Part shown: in pieces, positions 43,857 through 52,868 of the stretch
Position numbering within the stretch: the stretch's first letter is position 1
Layout: each line of letters begins with the position of its first letter
Translations under genes and position numbers: made by a program
Assembly (NCBI GenBank): GCA_018883125.1
Contig: VEQR01000004.1
Coordinates: 5,963 to 69,962, forward strand
Source: Candidatus Kapaibacterium sp.
Lineage (GTDB): Bacteria > Bacteroidota > Ignavibacteria > Kapaibacteriales > Kapaibacteriaceae
DNA: 64,000 bases
Direction of reading: 5' to 3'
The notes under the pieces: generated by a model
Database searches by the model: none
Seen by the model: only the letters and a program-made list of their open reading frames with translations
Told to the model about the DNA's origin: nothing

Positions 43857-45186
43857 AGCGTCGAATGTAGGATTTCACGTCAAACTTGCGGGCGCAGCCA
43901 TTGGCATTCATGTAGCGGATCTTTCCGTAAACCGGACGTTCAAACCAGGCACGGTCATGCACGCCCCCTACACTCCAGGCAACTCCAACGTAACCGTTGG
44001 GGTCTCGTCCATCAAGAGCATACGTGTCGTTGAGCGCAATGCCGATTGCCAGTGCTTCATCCGGAGAAGCACTCCATTCGAGGATCTTCTTGGCCCAATA
44101 CATCCGCATGAATCCGTGGAGCTTGCCGGTGGTGACGAGCTCGCGCTGGGCTGCATTCCAGAGCTCATCATGGGTGCGCGCGGACTCCCATTGCTCATGA
44201 GTGTAGACGTAGTCACGAGGGTCGTTGCGATGATCGTTCAGCGTCTGCTGCGCCCACGCTGCAAATCCGTCAAACGAATCGTACCGATCGTTGTAGAACG
44301 TAAAGTTGTCGCTCAGTTCGCGTCGGATGATGAGCTCTTCAAGAAAACTGTCGGAGGGTTCCCCAACTCTCGGTGTGGCTAGGGCAGCGCGCTGCGGAGC
44401 AAGCTGGCCAAAATGGAAATAGGGCGAGAGGTTGCTCTGTCCGGCCTTTGTCGGATCATTACGATCGGCATACTGCTCGATCTTCGCAACGAAGGCGTCA
44501 AGTCGGGCACGACCAGCTGAAGCACCGGGTGTGAGCCATGACACCGGACCGATCGAGGTATTCACGCGAAGGGTCGAGCGAACAGCAGTCCAATCCGTCA
44601 GGGGGCTCGGCGCTCCATCGAACGGATGTCTCACTACACTCGGAAACTCTTCGAGGTACGTCGGCAGAAGCTTGGTGATCTTCGGTCGGATAGTATAGGC
44701 CGCAAACTCGAGCTTGGGCGAGGCGATCCAGCAGGGGACGATATTATGGGCATCCACCTGGTGAAGGGGCACGGTAGACCCGTCGATGACCTCCTTGATC
44801 CACTGCTTCTTGATGCGCAGGGGCTCAAAATCGGTGACCAGCAGCGACGGGGCTGTTTCTTCCAGTAATGGGAGCAGAGCGTCATGCGGACTACCCAGCA
44901 GTAGACGAAATCCGATGTTGACCTCGGCAAGGTCTCGCTCGAGTTCCTCGAGCCCCCGTATCATGAAGTCGTACTGGCGAAGTGTGGCTTCGAGAAACGT
45001 CGGGACAAGGCAGAACACCGCGATCAGCGGCACCTTCCGTTCTAATGCCTCCTGCTGCGCATACAGCAATGCCCAGTTGTCGTCCCGACGTCGGTCACGG
45101 TTGATCCAATAGATCACAGGTCCGGGTCCCTGCGGATCCGGCCTGCCGGGCGTAAGGATGCGAACGCGGTCGCTTCGGACGTTCAT
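43834..45186 (-). CDS. phr: Class II CPD photolyase
   Basis: ..GKLHGFMRMYWAKKILEWS.. and the N-terminal ..VIYWINRDRRRDDNWAL.. are typical of class II deoxyribodipyrimidine photolyases. Confidence 0.85.
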   Translation of the reverse strand: MNVRSDRVRILTPGRPDPQGPGPVIYWINRDRRRDDNWALLYAQQEALERKVPLIAVFCLVPTFLEATLRQYDFMIRGLEELERDLAEVNIGFRLLLGSPHDALLPLLEETAPSLLVTDFEPLRIKKQWIKEVIDGSTVPLHQVDAHNIVPCWIASPKLEFAAYTIRPKITKLLPTYLEEFPSVVRHPFDGAPSPLTDWTAVRSTLRVNTSIGPVSWLTPGASAGRARLDAFVAKIEQYADRNDPTKAGQSNLSPYFHFGQLAPQRAALATPRVGEPSDSFLEELIIRRELSDNFTFYNDRYDSFDGFAAWAQQTLNDHRNDPRDYVYTHEQWESARTHDELWNAAQRELVTTGKLHGFMRMYWAKKILEWSASPDEALAIGIALNDTYALDGRDPNGYVGVAWSVGGVHDRAWFERPVYGKIRYMNANGCARKFDVKSYIRRYAQNTLL

Positions 45187-45191
45187 GGGGA

Positions 45192-45617
45192 TTAGTCTTC
45201 TTCAACCCGGTACGAAGCGCCGGGAATGTCGGTAGGGGGCTTGGGCGTTCCATTCGAGCGCATGCGAGAGAAGGCGATCCACAATCCAAGGATGATCAGA
45301 ATGATCGGCCAGAACACACCCCAGAACTGATCGACAACGCCGAGCTTCTTTAGTTGAATCACCGTCATCACGATGATCGTGAGTCCTGACCAAAACGTCG
45401 AGCCACTGCCGGTGAGCAGACGCACCGCTGCATAGATGATCACTCCCGTGGGCCACCACATCTGCACCACACTGTACATCTCCGGCATGCCAAGTCGGTC
45501 GAGCAGCATGGCAATGCCGAAGAGCGCTACGGCCAGTCCAAGAAGAATCTGACTCAGTAGACTATCCTTTGAGCGACCAAACTGGACGCGAAACCCCTGC
45601 TGAAACTGCTGGTTCAT
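45192..45617 (-). CDS. Small integral membrane protein (4 TM, LiaF/DUF5668-like)
   Basis: Hydrophobicity pattern only. Confidence 0.45.
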   Translation of the reverse strand: MNQQFQQGFRVQFGRSKDSLLSQILLGLAVALFGIAMLLDRLGMPEMYSVVQMWWPTGVIIYAAVRLLTGSGSTFWSGLTIIVMTVIQLKKLGVVDQFWGVFWPIILIILGLWIAFSRMRSNGTPKPPTDIPGASYRVEED

Positions 45618-45641
45618 GGCTGAAGCCCCTTCAAAAACTCA

Positions 45642-46859
45642 TCAAGCGTTGGTGCCGCACTCAGCACAATCCGGACATTCCGATTCGCCATGCTCATGTT
45701 CGCGTTCAAAATCAGTGATGGCGGCAACCACTTCTCGAATATGGTGCTCTTCCAGCTCCGGATAGATCGGCAGCGAGAGAACCGTTGCAGCCAGGCAATT
45801 GGATATCGGGAAGGCGTTGTCATCGCAATTCAGCGAGGCAAAACACTCCTGACGATGGAACGGCACCGGGTAGTAGATCTCGCTACCAATGCCGCGCTCC
45901 GCCAGGTATGACCGCAGGGCATTGCGGTGAGCGGTGCGGATCGTAAACTGATTGAAGATGTGGTTGTCGGTTGAGGTGCCGGCACTGACAGCCTTTGGAA
46001 GCAGTATCGCATTGCCCGGACCAAACGATGTGACGCCAGGAGCACTGCTCAATCCGGCTTCGATGAAGAGCTTCGTGTAGAGCTCAGCATTGCGCCGTCG
46101 TCCCTCGTGCCATGATGGAAGGTGCGGAAGCTTCACGCGCAGAACAGCCCCCTGCATGGCATCAAGGCGGAAGTTCCCGCCCATGATCCTGTGGTAGTAA
46201 CGGGGCTCCATGCCATGATTGCGGATCTGCTTCAAGCGCACCGCCAACTCGTCGTCATTGGTTGTCACAAGTCCGCCATCGCCAAAAGCGCCAAGGTTCT
46301 TCGTCGGGTAGAACGAGAAGCATCCGATGTGGCCGATGCTTCCGACGCGGCGTCCATCTGATGTCTGTGTACCGATGGCCTGAGCCGCATCCTCAATGAT
46401 GGGGATGTTGAGCTCACGGCTAATGTCCATGAAGGTATCCATGTTGGCGGCCTGACCAAACAGGTGCACAGGGATGATGGCCTTTGTGCGCGGGGTGATA
46501 GCCTTACGCGTGAGTTCGGGGTCGAGATTGAATGTGACGTTGTCGACGTCCACAAACACCGGCGTTGCATTCAGGCGTGCAACGCATCCGGCCGTTGCGA
46601 AGAACGAGAATGTTGGAACGATGACCTCATCGCCCGGGCCAACTCCGAGAGCCATCAGTGCCATTAGTAGGGCATCGGTCCCGCTCGAAACGCCGATGGC
46701 GTGCTTCACGCCCAGATAGGACTCAAGCTCGCGTTCAAGGGCATCCACTTCCGGACCCAGGATGCAGGCCTGAGATTCGGCAACTCGGATCAGGGCCGCG
46801 TCGATCTCTGGCTTGAGCGCGCGGTACTGTATTTTGAGGTCCAGCAAGGGTACGGGCAT
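45642..46859 (-). CDS. DegT/DnrJ/EryC1/StrS-family sugar aminotransferase
   Basis: MPVPLLDLKIQYRALKPEID.. N-terminus and PLP-lysine context FSFYPTKNLGAFGDGG. Confidence 0.85.
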   Translation of the reverse strand: MPVPLLDLKIQYRALKPEIDAALIRVAESQACILGPEVDALERELESYLGVKHAIGVSSGTDALLMALMALGVGPGDEVIVPTFSFFATAGCVARLNATPVFVDVDNVTFNLDPELTRKAITPRTKAIIPVHLFGQAANMDTFMDISRELNIPIIEDAAQAIGTQTSDGRRVGSIGHIGCFSFYPTKNLGAFGDGGLVTTNDDELAVRLKQIRNHGMEPRYYHRIMGGNFRLDAMQGAVLRVKLPHLPSWHEGRRRNAELYTKLFIEAGLSSAPGVTSFGPGNAILLPKAVSAGTSTDNHIFNQFTIRTAHRNALRSYLAERGIGSEIYYPVPFHRQECFASLNCDDNAFPISNCLAATVLSLPIYPELEEHHIREVVAAITDFEREHEHGESECPDCAECGTNA

Positions 46860-46905
46860 TCAGTTCACTTTCGCGTCGGAAATGGAAAGCACAAAATTAG
46901 CCAGA

Positions 46906-47328
46906 ATGAACCGACGGTCGTGGCTTCGGACAATTGCCGCCGCAGCAGGACTTACAACCATCTCGTTGGCTACCACGGAGTATCTGCAGCCGCAGGGTGA
47001 TTCCGGCGCACGAACGGTGGATCTTGGTCCGATCGATGAGGTGATCTCCGATGGAACGCGGCGGGTGGTAAACGTCAATGGCCGGATGGCACTGCTGAGC
47101 AGACGTGCCGATGTTGTGACAGCGCTAGACCTAACATGCACACATGCCGGTTGTCCGCTGGCATTCGATGCGAAGACTCAGCGCATCCGCTGCGCCTGCC
47201 ACGGTGGAGCATTTGCCGTCACGGGCGAGCCCGTTGCCGGACCGCCCCGCAGGCCCCTTGACCAGTTGGAGTGCCGCACCGAGAATGGCAGACTGTATAT
47301 CCGAACACAGTTGAATGGCGATGTATGA
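46906..47328 (+). CDS. Tat-exported Rieske [2Fe-2S] protein
   Basis: Twin-arginine signal MNRRSWLRTIAAAAG. Cluster-binding boxes CTHAGCP and CACHGGAF. An earlier start (46813) would overlap the divergent DegT gene. Confidence 0.8.
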   Translation: MNRRSWLRTIAAAAGLTTISLATTEYLQPQGDSGARTVDLGPIDEVISDGTRRVVNVNGRMALLSRRADVVTALDLTCTHAGCPLAFDAKTQRIRCACHGGAFAVTGEPVAGPPRRPLDQLECRTENGRLYIRTQLNGDV

Positions 47329-48344
47329 CGAGCGCCGCGAGATCATCGCTGGAGAGCGCGCAGCCTATCCTAATCGGACTCAGCGCTGCCACTCTGTTGT
47401 TGGTTGTGGTCACCGGAATGCTGCTCTCGATGTGGTACGTGCCGTCCTCGGATCCTCTGCGCACGTCTACCGGTGCGGCTCAGACGATCGTCACGTCCAC
47501 ACGACTTCTCCACAGCGGACCGTATACCGACACCATCACTGCCTCATCCGTAAACCCACAGCTCGCCCCGGCATCAACCGGCGAGCCGGCTGTTAGCGCC
47601 GCGCAGAGTTCTATCCGCGTAACCATCCACAACGCCCCCTATGGAAGTGCTGTCCGCAGCATCCATCACTGGATGTCGGACATCCTGCTAGCGTTGCTCA
47701 CGACGCTGATGTCGGTGCTATGTGTGCTGCGGACCTACGAGGCAGACCGCTCGTTGTGGCTAAGGTTGATATCGCTAACACTGATAACTGTGGCAGGGGG
47801 CTGGACGGGCCGCATACTCGTTGATGACGTGTATGCTGAGATCTCCCGTCGTATCATGGGGTACGAGCTTCAGACGGCACCGTTAGGCAATGCCATTTCG
47901 GCCATCCTCGGAATTCAGCCTGGAGCGCTGCTTCTTGCCCGCACGTATTCGGTGCATGGTTTTATGCTTGGTGTAATTGGCCTGTTGCTGATCACCCCGA
48001 ACCTTCGTCAGATACTTGTCCAAGCATCGCGTCCACCGTTCTTCTCCACCGCACTTCTCGTTTCAGTGGCAGTCTCGTTCATTTCCGTTCCGGACTGGGG
48101 GCTGCGCGACGCTTTAAGGGGACTTGCCGGCTGGGAGCACGTCACTCCCTGGTGGGGAATCGTGCCCTTCCGCACATGGTCGCACTGGCTAGGCTCCGAG
48201 CTGGCAGGATACCTGGCGATCCCGGCGATCATAGCCTTTGGGTCACTACCGCTCTGGTATCGGCAGATTTCCAAGCGGGCGGTAACGATTCTTTTTACGG
48301 TCATCGCCCTCGCGTTACTAGTGGGGTTTCTGTTCGGCTATTGA
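47325..48344 (+). CDS. Divergent cytochrome b-like membrane protein (fused b6 + subunit IV-like)
   Basis: ATGA overlap with the Rieske gene. ..GSAVRSIHHWMSDILLALL.. resembles LIRSVHRWSASMMVLMM of cytochrome b6; ..WTGRILVDD.. resembles GY.LPWDQ; ..TPWWGIVPF.. resembles PEWYF. About 8 TM helices. Confidence 0.6.
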   Translation: MTSAARSSLESAQPILIGLSAATLLLVVVTGMLLSMWYVPSSDPLRTSTGAAQTIVTSTRLLHSGPYTDTITASSVNPQLAPASTGEPAVSAAQSSIRVTIHNAPYGSAVRSIHHWMSDILLALLTTLMSVLCVLRTYEADRSLWLRLISLTLITVAGGWTGRILVDDVYAEISRRIMGYELQTAPLGNAISAILGIQPGALLLARTYSVHGFMLGVIGLLLITPNLRQILVQASRPPFFSTALLVSVAVSFISVPDWGLRDALRGLAGWEHVTPWWGIVPFRTWSHWLGSELAGYLAIPAIIAFGSLPLWYRQISKRAVTILFTVIALALLVGFLFGY

Positions 48345-48416
48345 GCGCCGATTTCGCACTTTTGCAGTCTTGTATTGCAGAAAATTCCCCCAACAACTCA
48401 CCAATCGAGGATGGTT

Positions 48417-49529
48417 ATGCTGATCGGCGTACCAAAGGAAATCAAGACAAATGAAAAGCGCGTGGCGCTCACACCCGGTGGTGTTGATGCCCTTCGCTCT
48501 AACGGTCATGACGTGATCGTTGAAACCAATGCCGGCGTCGGTAGTGGATTTTCGAACGAAGCCTACATCGCAGCCGGCGCAACCATCATTGATACGGCTG
48601 CCGAGGTGTATGCCAAGGCCGACATGATCATGAAGGTAAAAGAGCCTATCGCACCCGAGTACAGCCTCATCCGTAAGGGTCAGACGCTCTTCACGTACTT
48701 CCACTTTGCTGCTTCACGCGAGCTCACCGAGGCAATGGTCAAAGCTGGTGCTACGTGTATCGCCTATGAGACGGTTCAGAAGTCCGATGGCTCGCTGCCG
48801 CTTCTGATCCCGATGTCGGAAGTTGCCGGACGTATGGCAACGCAAGAAGGTGCGAAGTACCTTGAGCATCCTATGGGCGGACGCGGCATTCTCCTCGGCG
48901 GTGTGCCAGGTACACGTCCTGCGGAAGTTGTTGTTCTCGGCGGTGGCGTTGTTGGAACGAACGCTGCGAAGATGGCTGCCGGACTGGGTGCAAGCGTTAC
49001 GCTGTTCGATAACAACCTCTACCGTTTGCGCTACCTTAACGACGTAATGCCCGCCAACGTCGTCACGCAGATGTCCACCAAGGCCAACATCCGCGAAGCT
49101 GTCAAGACGGCAGACCTTGTGGTTGGTGGTGTGCTGATCGTTGGGGCCAAGGCTCCGCACCTGATCACGCGCGACATGCTTTCGACGATGAAGCCCGGTT
49201 CGGTGATCGTTGACGTTTCGGTCGATCAAGGGGGCTGTGTGGAAACCTGCAAGCCAACAACGCACGAAAACCCAACGTATGTGGTCGACGGTGTTGTACA
49301 TTATGGTGTGGCCAATATGCCGGGAGCTGTGCCATACACATCAACGATTGCTCTCACCAACGCCACGCTTCCATACGCCATTCAGCTGGCCAACCACGGC
49401 TGGAAGGATGCCTGCAAGGCCAGCAAGGAACTTGAGCTTGGCATCAACGTGGTTGATGGTAAGATCGTTTACGAAGCTGTTGCCGAAGCATTTGGCATGG
49501 AATACACGCCAATGGAGCAGTGCTGGTAA
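48417..49529 (+). CDS. ald: Alanine dehydrogenase
   Basis: MLIGVPKEIKTNEKRVALTPGGV N-terminus and NAD fold VVVLGGGVVGTNAAKMA. GAGG lies 6 nt upstream of ATG 48417. Confidence 0.9.
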   Translation: MLIGVPKEIKTNEKRVALTPGGVDALRSNGHDVIVETNAGVGSGFSNEAYIAAGATIIDTAAEVYAKADMIMKVKEPIAPEYSLIRKGQTLFTYFHFAASRELTEAMVKAGATCIAYETVQKSDGSLPLLIPMSEVAGRMATQEGAKYLEHPMGGRGILLGGVPGTRPAEVVVLGGGVVGTNAAKMAAGLGASVTLFDNNLYRLRYLNDVMPANVVTQMSTKANIREAVKTADLVVGGVLIVGAKAPHLITRDMLSTMKPGSVIVDVSVDQGGCVETCKPTTHENPTYVVDGVVHYGVANMPGAVPYTSTIALTNATLPYAIQLANHGWKDACKASKELELGINVVDGKIVYEAVAEAFGMEYTPMEQCW

Positions 49530-49562
49530 GCCCCGTATCAACGGATGCGATGATTCTACGAC

Positions 49563-49590
49563 AATGGCTCCCTCGGGAGCCATTTTCATT
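49563..49590 (+). terminator. Rho-independent terminator after ald
   Basis: Stem AATGGCTCC / GGAGCCATT (49563-49584), followed by TTCATT. Confidence 0.65.
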
Positions 49591-49603
49591 AGATTGCCTT
49601 CGT

Positions 49604-50503
49604 ATGAAGACGAAGAAACGTCAACCAATGCTCAGCCGGCTCGTCATCCTTACGGTGGTGTGCATCGCTGCGCTTGCCAGTGCATCGGTATCACAGGCGC
49701 AGCAAGCTGTGCCTATTGGCACATGGGTAACGGTGGAGAAGACCGATGATGGTCGGTACGTGGGTGTTTTGTTGTCGGCTGACGAGCGGGAAGTACTCCT
49801 AGATTCCACCGCCATCGGTTCGGTGATGATTCCGCGCACACTTGTGCGCTCCATATTGCCGGCCGCCGGTCAGGCAAGCCAGCAGCGCGCATTAGCTGCG
49901 CAGACGCTACCGTTTTCATCGCGGTATTTCATAACGACCAATGGCTTCCCGATCGGTGATGATGGTGCCTACATCCTCTTTACCACGTTTGGTCCGGACT
50001 TTCAGTTTGCACCGACGGAGAACCTCTCGGTGGGGATTCTTACCACGTATATCGGCTCGCCGATTCTCGGATCGATCAAGGCAACAACGCGAGTTTCCGA
50101 TAATGTGAATGCCGCTGCCGGAGCACTGATTGGCTGGAATGGTTGGATTCCTGAATTCATCTTCTTTGCCCTTCCCTATGGATCGCTCACCTTTGGAAGT
50201 CGTGCATCGAACGTTACGCTGTCAACAGGATATGGATACGTCTCCTACGACGGCGATGGCGGTGGACGAGCAATGTTCTCCGTTGCAGGGCAGACGCATG
50301 CCTGGTCAAAGGTCTCGCTGATGTTCGACTCGATCATCCTCTCGGCTGGTTCCAGCACCGGTATGCTGGTGTTCGGCATGCCTGGAGTGCGTGTGGCCAC
50401 CGGACGCAATTCCGCATTCCAGGTGGCGTTCCCATTTGTTTACGCAGAGAATGAGCTGCGGATGGTTCCTGTTCCAACCGTCGGGTATTTCGTGAGGATG
50501 TGA
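49604..50503 (+). CDS. Hypothetical exported/membrane protein, paralogue 1 of a tandem pair
   Basis: Signal peptide MKTKKRQPMLSRLVILTVVCIAALASASVSQAQ. A small N-terminal domain ends ..PRTLVRSILP, followed by a Gly/aromatic-rich hydrophobic region. Homologous to the next gene. Confidence 0.5.
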   Translation: MKTKKRQPMLSRLVILTVVCIAALASASVSQAQQAVPIGTWVTVEKTDDGRYVGVLLSADEREVLLDSTAIGSVMIPRTLVRSILPAAGQASQQRALAAQTLPFSSRYFITTNGFPIGDDGAYILFTTFGPDFQFAPTENLSVGILTTYIGSPILGSIKATTRVSDNVNAAAGALIGWNGWIPEFIFFALPYGSLTFGSRASNVTLSTGYGYVSYDGDGGGRAMFSVAGQTHAWSKVSLMFDSIILSAGSSTGMLVFGMPGVRVATGRNSAFQVAFPFVYAENELRMVPVPTVGYFVRM

Positions 50504-51516
50504 TGAAGCGCCTGCACATAATCATCCTTGCAATACTGTTGGTACCCGCAGCCACTGTGTTTTCTCAGCAGCAGACATGGACAGATAGCCTGTCAATGCA
50601 GAGTATTGAACGTCATGACGGCAGCGAGCTGCGTGGACGTGTTGTAGCGATGAATGCACGCGAGGTTACCATCGTATTGGCCGATGGCACGCGTCTAGTT
50701 CTGCCGAAGCACCTTGTCCGGTCAATCATTCCGCTCGATAGCCCACAGCAGCAGTCGGCAGTTTCCGCTGTACAGACCGCAACGTATTTCGTGACATCCA
50801 GTGCCTTGCCGATGCCCAAGGGGACATCGACACTGCAGTTCAACATTGCCGGCGTTGCTCTGGAGGCCTTTCCTACGGAGCGTCTCAGTATAGGGGTTCT
50901 TTCCTCCTGGATCAGTGCTCCGATCATCGCCACAGCTATGGTTCGTATGCCCGTTGCCGACAATGTTTGGCTGGGTGCAGGGGGCATAGTTGGCTGGGGT
51001 GGAAGTCTGGCAGATAGGAATTTCTTTGCCGCACCAACGCTGACGCTGACGGTTTTGTCGGGCTCGACATCGTTCTCGCTGACAGGGGGCTATGGGGCTA
51101 CGTCACTCAAGGTAGAGACGTATACTCAACCCGACTACTCTGCAGTGCGAGACACGCTGCAGGTAACCTCTCCCCGAGCCTATGCAGCCCTCGGAGTCTC
51201 GCTGAAACTTGCGCGGAAGATCAGGTTGATCGTCGATGCATTTATGATCTCCGGCTCGGGATCCGTGACGCTGCCCGATGGGCGTTGGGTATGGACAGAC
51301 GTTTACAACTACTACGACCCGAGTTCGGACTTCACCAGATCGTTCGAGACCTACTCAAATATTTTCATCATCCCCGCCATCCGGTGGGACTATTCAGTTG
51401 ATGCCTATTGGCAGTTTGGTTTCGCTGGCTACAAGGGTAACCTGCTGAATCTCGAGGATAACTCGAATTGGTCGCCCATTCCCATACCTGTTGTTCAGTG
51501 GGTGATTGCCCTATAG
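50503..51516 (+). CDS. Hypothetical exported/membrane protein, paralogue 2
   Basis: Signal peptide MKRLHIIILAILLVPAATVFSQ. Shares ..LPKHLVRSIIP.. and ..FPTERLSIGVLSS.. with the upstream gene. TGATG overlap with it. Confidence 0.5.
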   Translation: MKRLHIIILAILLVPAATVFSQQQTWTDSLSMQSIERHDGSELRGRVVAMNAREVTIVLADGTRLVLPKHLVRSIIPLDSPQQQSAVSAVQTATYFVTSSALPMPKGTSTLQFNIAGVALEAFPTERLSIGVLSSWISAPIIATAMVRMPVADNVWLGAGGIVGWGGSLADRNFFAAPTLTLTVLSGSTSFSLTGGYGATSLKVETYTQPDYSAVRDTLQVTSPRAYAALGVSLKLARKIRLIVDAFMISGSGSVTLPDGRWVWTDVYNYYDPSSDFTRSFETYSNIFIIPAIRWDYSVDAYWQFGFAGYKGNLLNLEDNSNWSPIPIPVVQWVIAL

Positions 51517-51652
51517 GTGAGGCTGACGCGCGCACGCAGCATGGCGCTCAAACATTAAGCAACATAGGTTCTTGCCCCTTGCACGCTGCCCATGGTTGCC
51601 GCTATGTTGCGCCCCGTTCGACAAGACTTCACTACTACATCGGAGAGCAACG

Positions 51653-52798
51653 ATGCAAGCTGGGTACATTTTCATCATCACACTTGTGATTGTCTCAGCA
51701 GCCGTAGAGCTCAGAGCACAGGGATGCGTAGCCGTTCGAGGCGGCACAATGTGCGGCACGAACGCGGGCAACACGTTCAACCTCAAAGCAGGTGAATTCA
51801 ATGTTGTTACTGGTGCCAGGTACTTCAAGTCGTTCCGACATTTCCGTGGTGACCACGAGGAAGCATACCGCGTGCAGCAGGGTAGTGAAGTGATCAATCA
51901 TGCCGGATCGATTGATCTCTCGCTGAGTTATGGAATTACAGACCGATTGTTTGTAAGCGCAATAGTCCCCCTTGCCTACAACGACCGGTCCTCAATGTAT
52001 GAGCACGGTGGAAACCCGAAGTTCGACAGTACGGGAGCGGTGGTCGGCACATGGAAGGGTGATCGCCGGCTTACATCGTCTGCAGGGCTTGGTGATGTGC
52101 GATTCTCCGTTGGCTATTGGTTGTTTGATCCTGCCACATCCGAATCGAATTTTTCTGTTGCTCTTGGCGCCAAGCTTCCCACCGGGAAGTACGATGTAGT
52201 GGATGATTTCTATAATCAGGGTCCGCAAAAGAACTTGACCGTTCCCGGTGTGGTCGATCAATCAATTCAGCTCGGTGATGGTGGATATGGCATCACGGCA
52301 GACGTTCAGGGAATTCAGACCATCGGCACCGACCTGGTGTTCCTATCAAACCTCTACTACATGGCCAATGTGACGAATACGAATGGTGTGCGACAACGAA
52401 CCGCGGCAGTATCCGATGCTCCAGACTCGGCAGAGTTTTCGAGTGCAGACCAGTTTGGCGTGCGCTTGGGAGTGATGTACGGAATGTTCAATGGTTGGAC
52501 TGCGTACCTCGGTGCTCGGGCTGAAGGAGTTCCATCCACCGATATCATTGGAGGAAGTGCCGGCTGGCGTCGCCCGGGCTATGTGCTCAGCATTGAGCCG
52601 GGTATTGGCTATTCGACATCGTCCCTGTCTGTCTTCTTTAGCGCGCCTATTGCCGGCTATCGGAATCGAGTACAGAATTACATCGACAAGATTCGGACGC
52701 AGCAGCGAGGCGTTGAGGTTATCGGTGATGCCGCATTTTCCGATGTCCTTTTCAACCTGAGCGTCAGCTACCGCTTTGGTGGCAGTCACAGCATGTAA
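51653..52798 (+). CDS. Outer-membrane beta-barrel transporter (MetA-pathway/phenol-degradation-like OMP family)
   Basis: GGAGAG lies 6 nt upstream of ATG 51653. Signal peptide MQAGYIFIITLVIVSAAVELRAQ. ..AGLGDVRFSVGYWL..LGAKLPTGKYD.. with an alternating beta-strand pattern. Confidence 0.55.
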   Translation: MQAGYIFIITLVIVSAAVELRAQGCVAVRGGTMCGTNAGNTFNLKAGEFNVVTGARYFKSFRHFRGDHEEAYRVQQGSEVINHAGSIDLSLSYGITDRLFVSAIVPLAYNDRSSMYEHGGNPKFDSTGAVVGTWKGDRRLTSSAGLGDVRFSVGYWLFDPATSESNFSVALGAKLPTGKYDVVDDFYNQGPQKNLTVPGVVDQSIQLGDGGYGITADVQGIQTIGTDLVFLSNLYYMANVTNTNGVRQRTAAVSDAPDSAEFSSADQFGVRLGVMYGMFNGWTAYLGARAEGVPSTDIIGGSAGWRRPGYVLSIEPGIGYSTSSLSVFFSAPIAGYRNRVQNYIDKIRTQQRGVEVIGDAAFSDVLFNLSVSYRFGGSHSM

Positions 52799-52868
52799 GA
52801 TATCCTGGATGCTTCGCGGAGGTGGACGCTGTCGTAGTTTTGTGGCCCACGAAACTTGGAGTCCTGTT

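Noticed and set aside
46813-46905. Track start 46813 for the Rieske protein
   Set aside because: It would overlap the first 47 nt of the divergent DegT gene. The Tat motif starts at the Met at 46906 (the alternative at 46882 cannot be excluded).
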